Positions 1 to 13,134 are shown, counted from the whole stretch's first letter. The stretch: DNA of 62,098 nucleotides, filler included, from Basidiobolus ranarum (GCA_040143965.1; 25 parts of 25 records of this genome joined end to end with filler, not necessarily neighbours in it), one strand, 5' to 3'. Translations and numbers: made by a program. Notes: a model not told the origin generated them from the sequence alone.

Positions 1-153
1 TCGTTTTAGAAAGGTAACTTCCAAATCAGTTGAACGAGCTATTGATTAGTTAATCGACTGTTGTAACATTATTAATGGTATAATGAGATAACTAGAGCTA
101 TCATTATGTTCAAAATATAAAGGGGACGTAGCGCTAAAGGGACCGTATTCAAC

Positions 154-660
154 ATGACTATCCAAAAAGGTGACCAGATCCCATACGGTGAGCATTTTAC
201 CTCTCTCCCTGAGGAGGGCTCCGATGTTCTCACTCACTCAGTTAAAGATTTGTTCGCGGGGAAGAAAGTTGTTCTTTTTGGTCTTCCAGGAGCCTTCACT
301 ACCATCTGTAGTAACAAGCACCTCCCTGAGTATGGACTTCACTATGATTCGTTCAAAGAGAAGGGTATCGATGCTATCTATTGTACAGCTGTAAATGATC
401 CATTTGTGATGCGTGCTTGGTCGCAAAACTATGATATCAAGGATAAGGTGGAGGTTATATCTGATGGTGATTGCTCATTCCATGAAAAGATTGGATTGAC
501 TCAGGTTATGCCTGGACTGGGAGTGAGATCCTTGCGATACAGTATGTATGTCGATGATGGGGTTGTCAAAGTTCTCAACATTGAGGAACCCGGACCATCA
601 AGCTACAAAATCTCTGGTCCCAATCATATGCTCAAGGATCTTGAAGAGTTAGGTGTTTAG
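154..660 (+). CDS. Peroxiredoxin, Prx5/type II (AHP1/PMP20-like, Redoxin family)
   Basis: Complete intronless 168-aa ORF with GKKVVLFGLPGAFTTICS (PxxxTxxC peroxidatic motif), VNDPFVMRAW and RSLRYSMYVDDGVV. Confidence 0.93.
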   Translation: MTIQKGDQIPYGEHFTSLPEEGSDVLTHSVKDLFAGKKVVLFGLPGAFTTICSNKHLPEYGLHYDSFKEKGIDAIYCTAVNDPFVMRAWSQNYDIKDKVEVISDGDCSFHEKIGLTQVMPGLGVRSLRYSMYVDDGVVKVLNIEEPGPSSYKISGPNHMLKDLEELGV

Positions 661-1319
661 ATGAATTTGCATATATATTGATTTCGTACACATTACATTA
701 ATAAATATCATTAACCTGATGCTAACAGCATCTTTCACTCAGTTCTTCAATCCTATCTAACTTTTTTTATGGAATTCATATTGTAAGCTGTATATTATCG
801 AAATAGTAAGCAGATAATAAATTATGGTAATGTTTGATTGCAATGAAACATTGTGTCATGTTTATTTCAAGTATGGAATATTCAACAATCATTTTGGAAC
901 CGCGAAGAAGTAACCGTCAGTGACATTTTGGCAAAATATGTGCATATATTACTGATTATAAAAACTCGCTGTTTCTTACTCAGCAGATGCCTAATGTGAG
1001 AAAGTGCAATTACTATGGTGCGCCAGTCTATTAGCGATTAGGTATGCCAATAAGGGATATAGCTTCAATAATTAGTACAAGTCCATGTGTATTTCTTTCT
1101 CTATAACTTCAAAGGTAGATGTATACATCATCAACACCGGAGTCAATGTCAGACAATGGCACTAGTTAGATTTGTAATTACTTAGGGGAGGATGAAAACA
1201 CTACCACTTATGCCGGGCTGCTCTCTTAGGGTATTCCTACCTTCAGCAGTATTATGCAGCTCCAGGTACCGAATATTAGAAAGACTCACATTCCTCCCAA
1301 ATCTAACAATACATGTAAA

Positions 1320-1730
1320 ATTCACAAGCCTACCAACACTCATGAACCTCCACAGTCCAGTCATAAATCCACTGAGACTCACGATACTCACAAATCTAGT
1401 AAGACACCTAGCACTACCAAGTCTACTGTGACTCATGATTCTTACAAATCTACTGAGGTTCACAAATCTTGCAATTCTACTGAGGCTCCTGATTCTCACA
1501 GATCTACCAATACCCATGACTCTCACAAGTCTCTCCAGACTTGTGAATCTCATAGGGCAACCGAGATTAATGAAACTAAGAAGTATATTGAGACTTAAAC
1601 CTCTCATAAGTCTACAGAGATTCACAACACTCCCAAGTCTACTGAGACTCGTGGTGCTGACAAGTTCATTCACAAGTCTAGTCAGAAGTCTACCAAAACC
1701 CATAATTTTCACAAGTCTACTGAGCCATCT
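1320..1730 (+). repeat. Degenerate 27-bp tandem repeat (unit ~AAGTCTACTGAGACTCATGATTCTCAC, reads KSTETHDSH)
   Basis: Recurring acaagtctactgag/actcatga motifs. ORF 1254..1598 shows 9-aa S/T/H/K repeats, and the repeat continues past its stop. Confidence 0.75.
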
Positions 1731-2398
1731 AAAGCTCAATAAAAGTGACCTTTAAGTATAGCATCACTATTTCTTGAGTAATTCACATATATGCTTAAGA
1801 TAAGCACCAATATCGGCCAAGTCATATTTGAGTACTACAGCTAACTTGTTCAGCTGTGATATAGGAAATAGTTGGGTGTATAAAGATAGGGACAAAAAAA
1901 TGATCGAGATAATACACTTCAACAGATAGAAACCAAGAAATTCTTAAGAACAGTTTTTACTCCGTGCTAGAATCACCTGGCACTCTGGAAACACCATCTG
2001 TAGAAGCAACTTGGAGAAGATAATATCCAATTCCACATGTATTACTTATATAAGGGTCAGAGCTGGGATTCACTTGAGAACTTGGGATATTTTCATGAAA
2101 ATGACACATTATGAAAATTTAAATATGCAGAAAATCATTTACATAAAACATCTATTACGATGTTCAAAGTAAATCTAGCTTTTAATATATACCTAATGTA
2201 CCGATTATGCCTGAAGTCTAGTTCGGAGATTTAGGGTCCGGACATGCTTTGACAGAAAATCAAAGGCGATACTACCAAAATCAGGTATTCTTAGCTATGC
2301 TAAGTTAGCCATTAACTTCCCGTACCCTTGGAGGTAAGCAGCGCCTTGAATAGACAAGTTCCCCGAGTAAATGTTTTTTGCTGTCTTTCCCAAAAAAA

Positions 2399-2498
2399 NN
2401 NNNNNNNNNNNNNNNNNNNNNNNNNNNNNNNNNNNNNNNNNNTTAATTAATTAANNNNNNNNNNNNNNNNNNNNNNNNNNNNNNNNNNNNNNNNNNNN
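2399..2498. other. Artificial contig linker (first of 24)
   Basis: N-run + TTAATTAATTAA + N-run recurs about every 2.49 kb, and the intervening contig lengths fall steadily. Confidence 0.98.
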
Positions 2499-2870
2499 CT
2501 AAATAGGAATATTTCTATATCTATATAACAAGTATGTCTTATTACCCCCACTTATCTACTATATCTTATTACACAAACTCCTGAATATCTCAGACAATTG
2601 ATTTACTTTGTACTATATAAGTCACCATATACTCTTAAGAATAAAGTAACTAAAACACACTATCATAAGTTGCTTCTAATACCCAAAGTCTACCCCCATT
2701 ATGTCAAGAACCTCCAACATAAGCATTATTTGTTCACAACTAAGAGATATGTTTATCAATTTCTCTTCTTCCATAACCTCCTTGTATTTGCAAAATTTGC
2801 CCAAAAGAATATGGATTTATGCATGCTTTGCCACTGAACAACTCCTAAATCATTTTACTAGATAATAATC
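2499..2870 (+). mobile_element. LTR family A fragment plus decayed copia gag start
   Basis: Reverse complement of about 5880-6275 (LTR A, leader and ATG TCA AGA gag start). Confidence 0.75.
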
Positions 2871-4794
2871 AAGTGATATTTACAAATATGGTAATACCTA
2901 CAGGAAATTACTTTCTGTGATTTACATAACTAGTATGTACTATATAGGCTAAGATTTGCCATGGTACTACATGCATCATTATAATCATCTAACTTTGCTT
3001 AAGCACTTTTCTAGTTGTAACGATTGGAAAATTGAAATGGAGAAATACTCAAAGTGATTGTCTGGCATGGAGAACTTGGCAATAAATATAAATAGCACAT
3101 TTAATGTGTGTGCACACTTTCATTATGTTTCAAGTATAAAAAAACTATTAGCCAAATATTGGACTTTGTGCAGATGACATGAAACCCCATGATAATGCTT
3201 CTCCAAAATTGTTTAATTCAAAGATTCCTGTTATTGAAGACAATAATGAATGGAAATTTTCAATATCTGAACATTCCAATCACCAAGTAGGAGAATATGA
3301 TCAAACTTACATAAAACTTGATGACTTTATAATAGTATAATGGTCCAGGATCACAAAGGATTAAAAATGCCATACTTTTTTGACAGCCTCCATACTACAA
3401 TTTTTTAGGGTGTAATTTAAGTAAAGACCATTCAGTTACTCTTTTTGCCAGATTTGCCTTTATGCCTGCTCCTTATTGTAAATCTGCAATACTTGAACCA
3501 CCTTGAGGGTGGGATACAGGTGCTAGTTATGTATTAATTGATTACGAGCTAACTCTCAATGTCCAGTCCATAAGTAAGAACTTCTGCGGTGATAAGTATA
3601 TATATGATACTAATGTGAAGAGTGAGGCTTGTGCGCCACAAATCTTTCAGGTAACGATCATTATAATGGATGCCCAATTGTTCTTGAGATTATGGGTATC
3701 GTAATGAAAGGATGTATTGGTTCCATCATTTTTTTCCCAATCTGTTACCAAGGAATGTGATCAAGAGTAATGGCAAATTCAAGCAGCTACATCTTGACAA
3801 AGAAGCAACTATAGTAACTGTATGATGGCAAGAAACTGTACGGATAATGGAAGTCAAAATGAATCAATTTTTGCAGCGTTTAACTAAACTGAATTCATAG
3901 GTAGATTGTAGTGGAAACAAATAATCACAAATTAACATTCATCTATAAATGGGTCCGTATAATCGAAATATATATATACAACTCATACATATGTTAAATA
4001 TGGCACAAAACTCCTCTACTTCCAGTAGAAAGATCTACTTGGTGAAATAATAAGAGTAGTGATAAATGAATAATGAAATTCCCACTAATTTCCTGTGCAA
4101 ATTAGTGACATTTTCTACGAGTACCACATCTACCTATTTTCATTCATGTCACGCTGCTAAAGCGAGTAACATCTGAGCACTGAAACCTGTTCTTGGTGTA
4201 TTGATAGACCAGTAGGACAAATTATATGTAAGGACCTATACATTACACCATAAACTTCCGTGTGGAGACAACCATCCACCAATACAATTTATCCCGTAAA
4301 TGTTAAGAAATTTTATGTTAATATTCGTATGTTACGTTTAGGTGACTTTGAGTTTGTACTGCTTAATGTAATAATCATACACCAACATTTCTCTTAGCAA
4401 TTGGATTACTGGGCCAGCTCGATATCCAACATGCTTTAGCGTAAGTAGCAGGTGAATTGAAATCCCCGATTTTAGCTGGAAAATAGGCATCCTTCACCGG
4501 AATGTCTACAATAGGATTAAAGTAGTTAGTATGCTGTTGGAATATTTAGTAACAGGACATTTACTTGAAAGGGAAAAGTTCCAGTTGACTCCGAGTGGAG
4601 GCATGGAATAGGCCGTCAGTAGTTGGTCACAGCTTCGCACGACCATTGACATGAATATTTTTGTGGCAAAAGAGTGAGATAAACATATTCGGTAACTGCT
4701 TACTTTATCTCTTTCAGTAAGCAGCGTTTGTTCACAAGAAAGCAAGCAATTATAAATAGTGATAGTCTCACTGTGCATTATCATCAGTCCAAGT

Positions 4795-4895
4795 ATGCAT
4801 CTTTACTCACTTGCTCTTATTTCTGCCGCCTTGATTGGCAATATCTCGGCCCAAAATGTGTTCTACGGCAGCTTTGTTCATTCGGTGAATGTAAC
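4795..4895 (+). CDS. 5' end of a probable secreted protein (N-terminus reminiscent of guanine deaminase), cut by contig end
   Basis: TATAAATA at 4751. MHLYSLALISAALIGNISA-Q is signal-peptide-like and is followed by NVFYGSFVHS. Confidence 0.4.
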
Positions 4896-4995
4896 NNNNN
4901 NNNNNNNNNNNNNNNNNNNNNNNNNNNNNNNNNNNNNNNTTAATTAATTAANNNNNNNNNNNNNNNNNNNNNNNNNNNNNNNNNNNNNNNNNNNN

Positions 4996-6070
4996 CCATG
5001 ACACTTTTGGTTTTACTTATTTGTAAGTCAAGTTCAGCCTTTCCCATTCCATATGCAACCAGCTTGTTTCTTCCAGCTACTGTGATGTCCAGAGGTTCTA
5101 TTTCCTTATAGTCATGCATTATGTTTCTATTGTGACACATATGATCACTTGGACCAGAATCTAGAATCCATACATCAGCAGAGTTATTTTCTGATTTAGA
5201 GGTTACCATAAGTACAAAGTGTCCATTTCCTCTTTTAGTGGTGCTAGATGCTTCCTTTTTCTTTAGAACCCATTTCTTCTTTGATCTGCAATAATGTGCT
5301 ATATGTCCCGGTTTTCCCCATTTGTAATATTTCATAGTGCTCCTTTCTGGTTGGCTATTTTGAGAATAAAATTCTTATGTAACTTTTGTTTCATCTGCAA
5401 GCTGACTTTTGTCTTTCCTTTGATATTCTTGTTGACTTAGATGAGTTATCAGATAATGCTGAGAAAGCCCATCCCCAATTGCTTCCAAAGTGAGTACAAG
5501 GGCTGAATATGATTCAAGGAGACTATTGATTATGGTAAGAATTATATCCATTTCAGGTACTTCATAATTCACTGATTCCAGTTGTTGGCCAAGTTTCTCA
5601 ACACCATTTACATATGTCATAATATCTGAATCCTTAGACATACAAGAGCTTAAGAATTTTCTTTGTAGCATCATCAAGTGAGCCAGCCCTTTTTGCTCAT
5701 CATGTTCCACTAGGATTTCCCATGCATTCTTGGCAGAGTGAGCATCTCTGACTAGCATAAGTTGTTGTGATCCCAGTCTTAGGCATATTTCCCTAAATGC
5801 CAATCTGTCTTTTTCTTCAAAGGTTGCCCTGGCTTCTTTACATGTTGGCTTCTTTGTTTCAGTGCCAGAATCTGTACTTTCCTCTTCAGAAGTTTCTTGC
5901 TCTTTGTCTGGTTGAACTACTTCCCAGACATGTTTCCCTTCAAGCACAAGTTGCATCTTGAATTTCCATTCATGGAAATCTTCCCCATTGAATATTGAAA
6001 TATTAGTAATCTCCTTTTGGGAACAAAACTCTAATTCACTGACTGCTCCCATGTTGGAGGATCTTGACAT
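4996..6070 (-). mobile_element. Ty1/copia gag-protease remnant
   Basis: FNGEDFHEWKFKMQLVL (copia gag N-term), degenerate zinc knuckle (GKPGHIAHYC) and protease WILDSGPSDHM, with stops/frameshifts. Confidence 0.92.
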
Positions 6071-6102
6071 AATGGTGGTAGACTTTGGGTTCTAGAAGCA
6101 AC

Positions 6103-6368
6103 TTGTGATAGTGAGTTTTAGTTACTTTATTCTTAAGAGTATATGGTTACTTATGTAGTAGAGAAGTAAATCAATTGTTTGAGATATTCAGGAGTTTGTG
6201 TAATAAGATATAATAGATAAATAGGGGTAATAAGACATACTTGTTATATAGATATAGAGATATTCCTATTTAGAAAATAGGGGCTATAGATATGCTGCTT
6301 TCTTTTTCTGATGTATGTATCATGACTAAAGTTAACTATGATCTTGAATAAAGATTAATTATCCAGCA
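6103..6368 (-). mobile_element. LTR family A (~265 bp)
   Basis: Lies directly upstream of gag. Near-identical copies at 12484-12592, 42355-42546, 49594-49702 and 49915-50041 end in ...TTATCCAACA. Confidence 0.8.
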
Positions 6369-6369
6369 G

Positions 6370-7391
6370 TTTTTCATTTGTGAAATGTTGGGAGGCTTGA
6401 AAATCAATATACTACATCTGAGGATCCTTGTTGGTAGTCATAGATAGAGCAGATATGAACAAGTGATCTTTTGTAGTTACCACATTTCCAGCTTCAGTAT
6501 TTTACCTTTGTTTACAATTCTTTTAAAACAATTGTTGCTTTGATGGCCAGTTCTTTTATAGTAATCACAGAATGTGCTACTTTTCTTCTTAAAGTGCTTT
6601 TGACCTCTATAGGAAGGTTTCCCATAGCCTATTAAAGCATTTTCTTTTTTCTTTTGGTTGGATCCTGATTTGTTTAAATCTTCATCTAGAAGTCTGCCAA
6701 ATACATATTTTAAGGTCAAATTTTCAGTTCTTGATTCTAGAGCCACTACTAGGCTTGGAAACTTGTGTGGCAGGCTATTCATGATTGTAACCATGATATC
6801 TTGATCAGCAGTAGGTACTCCAATGCATTCCATTTCATCCACTAAAATAGTGACTCTGTTAAGTAGTGATTTAATGTCTTCTCCTGGCTTCATCTTTGAG
6901 TTAAAGAATTGTTTTCTTAGAAACATCTTGTTGGCAGCAGAACTTGTTTGGTAGGAGTCTTCCAAGGCTTTCCATACCTTCTGGCAGTTTTAGCTCTTGA
7001 ACATTGAATTATCATTTTGTCTTTAACATTCAGACAAATTGTGTTAAAGGCACTTGGTGGTTTTTTAACCTGGAGTAAAGCTTTGGTTTCAGATAGTTTT
7101 GCATTGTTTTCTTGTCCTACAACAGTGTTCCAGTGTCCTTTTTTTTGCAGCAGCTTTTTCATTTTAATTTTCCAAACTTAATAATTGGTTCCATCAAATT
7201 TTTCAGAAAAGGAAGAAGTTCCATGTATTTGAGAAGTAGACTTTACAGAGAGTGCAAGCTTGGGGCTCACAACTTGTTAAAGTATTTGGGAGCCTGTTGG
7301 AAGTGATTTGGTGAATTAGAGGAATTGATGGTTTTCACGTATTGATTTATTGAGTAGAATGTTAACATATATAGTGTTGTCAAGATAAACG
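6370..7391 (-). mobile_element. Ty1/copia 5' part: LTR B, PBS, gag, start of protease
   Basis: LTR B from 7274, PBS-like AGTTGTGAGCCCC on the minus strand at about 7261-7273, gag ORFs 6477..7162. Same family as 41340-42254. Confidence 0.9.
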
Positions 7392-7491
7392 NNNNNNNNN
7401 NNNNNNNNNNNNNNNNNNNNNNNNNNNNNNNNNNNTTAATTAATTAANNNNNNNNNNNNNNNNNNNNNNNNNNNNNNNNNNNNNNNNNNNN

Positions 7492-9735
7492 GTCTTATAT
7501 ATTCCATCATTTACAACAAATCTGTTTTCAATTGGAGCAATTGAAAAGAAACATTATGATGTCAAATTCAGCCAAGGAAAAGCAACCATATACAAATCAA
7601 AGGACTTGATAGTAGCAACTGGAACAAGAATTGGTAATCTATATCACCTGGATGTTGCACCAATAACTGAGACTGTTTTGAACTTTGCAACAATTACTTC
7701 TGGAAACTTGATGATGTTGCATCAATGCTTGGGTCATCTAAACTATTATAGCATGAAACTATTATATAAACATAGCCTATGTATTGAAATGGATCTTAAG
7801 CCCTCAGATATTACTAAATGTGAAAGCTGTATTCAAGGGATAATCAACAGAAAACCGTTTCCAAAAGAAGGAGCTAGCAAAGTCAAAGATTTATTGGATC
7901 TTATTTGTACAAACTTATGTGGCCCAATGCAAACTCTGACACCAAGTAAGCAACAATATTTACTCATCTTTATAGATGATAAATCTCACTTCACAGTTTC
8001 ATATCTCTGGTTGAGCAAAGGAGAAGTGTTTCAATATTTCAAGATATATGAAGCAATGGTCACAACCATAACAGGAAGAAAAATCAAATACCTATGCAGT
8101 GATAATTGAAGTGAATTTAGCAATGAAACCATGCCTAGCTTTTGTCAAGAAAAGGGAATTCAGCAGCAATGTATTATTGCATATAGTGCAGAACAAAATG
8201 GAGTTGCAGAAAGGATGAAAAGGACTTTAGTAGAGAAGGCATGTACAATGCTGATCAATTCAGATATACCTAAGACCTATTGGGGTGAAGCTATTTTAAC
8301 AGCTACATATCTCCAAAATCAAAGTCAAACACATAGCAACCATGACTCTAGAACTCCTATTGAAATCTGGACTGGAAACAAGTCTAATCTGAATCACCTC
8401 AGAATTTTTGGAACAATAGTATATGCTCATATTCCTTAACCCCAGCCTGGGAAATTGGACAAAAAGGCAATTAAATGTATCCTATCAGGATATCAGAACA
8501 AAGGCTACCATCTCCTAATTGCAGGCACAAATCAAATCATCAACTCCAGAGATACTATATTCATTGAAGAAAATCTCAAATCTTCTATTCAAGGGAATTT
8601 GATTTTGGCTGAAAATCAATTTCTCAATAACTCAAATTTTGAGTAAGTGAGTTCTGAAGCCAATCTTGAGCTAACAAGTACTGAAACCAACTTGGAAAAT
8701 GATATATTGGAAATAGAAACTGGAGTTAGGCCAAATTTGAGATCTGAAACTATCTATCAAAATTATTCAAGTTTAGAAAATATCACATCTGGGACAAGGT
8801 CTAAAACATCAGCCACCAAGGAATTTCTGACAAAGCTCAAATTGTTACCAATCCCTGTGGTGAATATTCCTAGCAAAAAACCAACAAGCAATAATCCTGT
8901 CTCAAACTTCACTACAAGTTCTAAAACCAAGGAGAACAAACCATCATATGATATTCTGGAATCAAGCAGCTATATGGGTAGTGAAACATTGGGCAGCACT
9001 GGATATGCACCAATTTATACCAGAAAACCTGATAATTACTCCAAGGATACTGATAATTTGGAATCAGTTTCTGGAAATCAGCGTATTATCTCTGCAAATG
9101 AAAAATATGGTAATCTGAGAAAGGATATTTTTTGAGCCAATCAGGAATTAGGAAATTGGGCTCAGAAACAAGGCAATAATTTTCTGAACAGTCACATACC
9201 TAAGAAATATCCTACTCTCAATTTGGCTGATATTGGATGCAATCAATATAGTGGAAGTATATAATCAATCACAAGAAGTATTCAATCAATCACAAAATTC
9301 AGGAAATCAGGTCTGAGAAATCCTACCAAGTGAATATCAGAAATATCCTGTAAGTGAAACATCTGACCATTCTACCAAGGACTTTGGATGTCTCAAATCA
9401 GAGCATAAAATCAGCAGTTTCAATTCAGAAAAAGGGTGGAATATCTCTACACATATAGCATTTTCTGAACCAGAAAATTTGACCCAAGCTCTCAAATCTG
9501 ATGAAGTGACAGAATGGAGAAAAGCCACTGATGATGAAATTCACTCCCTAATCAAGAATTACACATGGATCCTTGTGGACTTACCTACTGGAAGAAAAAC
9601 TGTTGGTAATATATAGGTGCTGAAACTGAAACTTAACTCAGATGGATCTATCAACCAGTAAAAAGCAAGATTAGTAGTAAAAGGCTATGCTCAGGAACAT
9701 GGCATTGACTATGATGAAACATTTTCTCCTGTTAT
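7492..9735 (+). mobile_element. Ty1/copia integrase and RT start, pseudogenised
   Basis: HQCLGH...CESC (HHCC), DLICTNLCGPM, IDDKS, QNGVAERMKRTLVE and KARLVVKGYAQ..GIDYDETFSPV, with many stops. Confidence 0.93.
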
Positions 9736-10614
9736 AGTGTGGAATGGGGGTGTGTTATCAATCTTTCAAATGAAAAGACTAATATTCCACTACAAATCTT
9801 CAGCTGAGCTGAATTTATATTTACTGGAAGCTTAAAGATATTGATAGAAGATATACCCTTCACTGAAAGAAACTGTTAAAGACAACTNNNNNNNNNNNNN
9901 NNNNNNNNNNNNNNNNNNNNNNNNNNNNNNNTTAATTAATTAANNNNNNNNNNNNNNNNNNNNNNNNNNNNNNNNNNNNNNNNNNNNATTCAGTTATCAT
10001 ACCTTCAACACTGCTGATGGTACCGGTTACACGAGATGATATTGTATTAGTGTCTTAGCTCTAGAACATGGAATTTAGACAGATAACTGATTTCTCTATG
10101 CCAACAACAATTTGACTACGACCTCATATTTGCGGCAAAATGGAGGCTACAATATATTGAGAGAGTTAGATGAATAACTGGATTGAACAAACACATGATA
10201 CTTAGTTCACACCTTGGAATATCCTGTTGCTTGCTAACTCGTATCTATTGTTTACTTTAATCACTTGCTAACTCTTTCTTAACATGTCTTAACTCTAGAA
10301 CGTAAAAATGCCAGTTATGTCGGTTGATATGGTTACGTTAACACCTGAGCAAATGTGGCGGGAAGGAATATGCACAATGACCAAAAAATATGTCAAAGTG
10401 TCATCAAAGAATGCAGATATTGAAATGCGACGATCCAAATACACAATTGAGTTCGGGGGTAGATGACCAACAGGGTTTGATTTGAAGTGCGGGTACCGCA
10501 ACTGCTACGCTATTGATGCAGAAGATACCAAACAAGAATTTCTTGGCTTTCCAGCAACATGCTACGAGACAAGTGATACTATTAGGTATATCCGAGACTT
10601 GATCCAGATATTAT

Positions 10615-12383
10615 TGACTTATGGTGCCAAAAAATGGCAGGTGTGCGAAACACTCAAAAAAGAGTCAACAAAGTGCCAAAGATTACTGACAAGTGACAAA
10701 GGGTATGGTAATAACAATTGATTAGTATGGAAAACACTTAAAAGAGGGCTTACGCAGTGCTAGAGACTACTGAAAAATATCATAAGGTATGAATCCAAGA
10801 AACGAGCGATATGGGAAGCACTTTAAAGGGAGCCTACGGAGTGCAAGAGACTACTGAAAAATTATGAAGGATATGATGCCAAGAAATGCTGGGTATGGGA
10901 AACACTCAAATGAGAGTCCAAGAAGTGTCCAAACACTATAAAAACTCATAAAGGAAGGGTAAGGTGTCAGGAAAAGAGTGGTATTGAAATCACTTCCCGC
11001 AGAGTCGACCAAATGCTAAAGACTGCTGAGACATGACAAAGAGTACGGTAAAAGTAAACAGCAGGAAAGGAAATCACTTAAAGGAGAGTTCAAGAACGCT
11101 CTAAAGACTAATGACATATGGTTAAGCGTATGTTGTCAAGAGATTTTGGGTATCAGTGATGTTAAAGGAGAGTCTACAAAGTGCTAAAGACTACCGACAA
11201 TTGACAAAGGGTATGAGTCAAGAAACAAGCGGTATGAGAAATACTAAAAGGAGAGTGTACGGAGAGTTATGGTATGGGAAACACTTAGAGAAAAGCCTAT
11301 AAAGTGGTAAAGAAGTGCTAAAGACTACTGAAAACGACGAAGGGTATGGTGCCAAGAAATGACCGGCACGGAAAACACTTAAAGCACGTTTTATCAAGTG
11401 GAAAACACAACTGACAAGGGACGAAGGGTGTAGTGGCGAGATATAACGATTACGAAATACTTAAAGTAGAGTTAGTTTATTAAGTCCCAAGGACTACTAA
11501 TAAATGACGAAGAATATGTTAATGGGAAACACCAAAGGGATAGTCTACCAACCGCTAAAGACTACTGAAAAAGAGAAAGATTACGGTGCCAGGAAACGAT
11601 GGGTACGGAATATGTTTAAGGTTGGGTGTACGAAGTGCTAAAGACTACTGACAAAGATAGATGGTAGGGTGCCAAAAAATGACGGGTATGGGAAAGAGTT
11701 TATGTAATGCTAAAAACCACCGATAAGTGACCAAGAGTATGGTGCCAAGAAACGATGGATTTGGAAAGCACTTAAAGTAGAGTCTACAAAGCGGTGGTAA
11801 ACATTTAAAGCAGAGGCTACAAAATGCAAACACCTATTGACAAAAGACAAAAGCATGGTGACAAGAACCAAGCGATACGAATAACGCTTAAAGAAGAGTT
11901 TATAAAGTGCTAAAGACTGCTGAAAAATGACCAAGAGTAAGGTGACAACAAACGAAGGGTAGGGAAAACACTTACTGGATAGTCTACAAAGCGCTAAAGA
12001 TAACTGACAAATGATAAAGGGTATGATGAAAACAAACTTTGGGCGTGGGAAACACTTAAAGAAGAGTCTACGAAGTGTAAAGACTACTGACATGTGACAA
12101 AGGGTATGGTGATAATGAACTGCAGGTATGGGAAACACTTGAAAGAGAGTTTACGAGTCTTAAGAACTGCTGAAAAATGATAAAGGGTATGTCGGGTATG
12201 GGAAAAGCTAATCGCGAAGTCCACTAAGAGCTTAAGCCTGCTGACAAAAGACGAAGGGTATGGTGATAACATACGCCCGGTATGGGAAAGGCTTAAAGAA
12301 GAGTTTATAAAGTTCTAGAGACTATGGGAAACACTGATAGCAAAGTCTACGAAAAGGTATACACTGCTGATATGTGACAAACT
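10615..12383 (+). repeat. Degenerate 84-bp tandem array (about 20 units)
   Basis: GA(C/T)TACTGA anchor at 10681, 10765, 10849 ... 11915, 11999, 12082. Consensus ~GTGCTAAAGACTACTGACAAATGACAAAGGGTATGGTGCCAAGAAACGATGGGTATGGGAAACACTTAAAGAAGAGTCTACAAA. Confidence 0.9.
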
Positions 12384-12592
12384 NNNNNNNNNNNNNNNNN
12401 NNNNNNNNNNNNNNNNNNNNNNNNNNNTTAATTAATTAANNNNNNNNNNNNNNNNNNNNNNNNNNNNNNNNNNNNNNNNNNNNGATATTCCTATTTAGAA
12501 TATAGGGGCTATAGATATGTTGCTTTCTGTTTCTGATATATGTATCATAACTAAAGTTAACTATGATGTTGAATAAAGATTAATTATCCAAC

Positions 12593-13130
12593 ACAGCCAT
12601 TTTGATCAAAATTCAAGCTATATCCCTCCAATGTAGCTTTACTCACTGATAACAAATTTTTTGCTATCCCAGGCACATAGAGCATGTTTTTCAGTGTCAA
12701 ATGCATGTCCCCAGAGATGCCCCCAAGATTCACTTTAATTTTTCCCACTCCCAGAGCTTCTAGTGGCTGGTCATCTCCCATATAAACCTTCTTGATTATA
12801 TCAGTTTTGAGTGTCTTCAACCAGTTTTTTAATTAGAGAAATGTTGAAAGGCTCCAGAATCAATATACCATGACCTACAGTCTTGTTCAGAGGTCACTGA
12901 TACAGCAGAAATGAATAAAACTTCCTCTTTGGTTGAAACCTGATTTGCTTGTTCTGACTTCTCATTTTTGTTTTAATTTCTTGATTTGCAATCATTTATC
13001 TGGCGTCCTGGTTTGTTACAACCATACCATAAACCTGGTTTCCTTCTTTTGTAACATTTGTACTTGCCAAAGCTACGTTTTCCAGCTCCCAAAAGAGCCA
13101 CTTCCTCAGATTCTTTTTCCAAATTCTTAC
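12593..13130 (-). mobile_element. Ty1/copia zinc knuckle/protease remnant
   Basis: WYGCNKPGRQINDC, WYIDSGAFQH and LKNMLYVPGIAKNLLSVSK. Confidence 0.88.
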
Positions 13131-13134
13131 TTCT

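Noticed and set aside
1182-1739. 185-aa minus-strand ORF and overlapping ORFs
   Set aside because: These are shadow frames of the 27-bp repeat.
10615-12383. 84-bp array as a CRISPR array or C2H2 zinc-finger array
   Set aside because: The whole unit is homologous between copies with no unique spacers, and no cas genes are present. No frame has conserved C-x2-C...H-x3-H.
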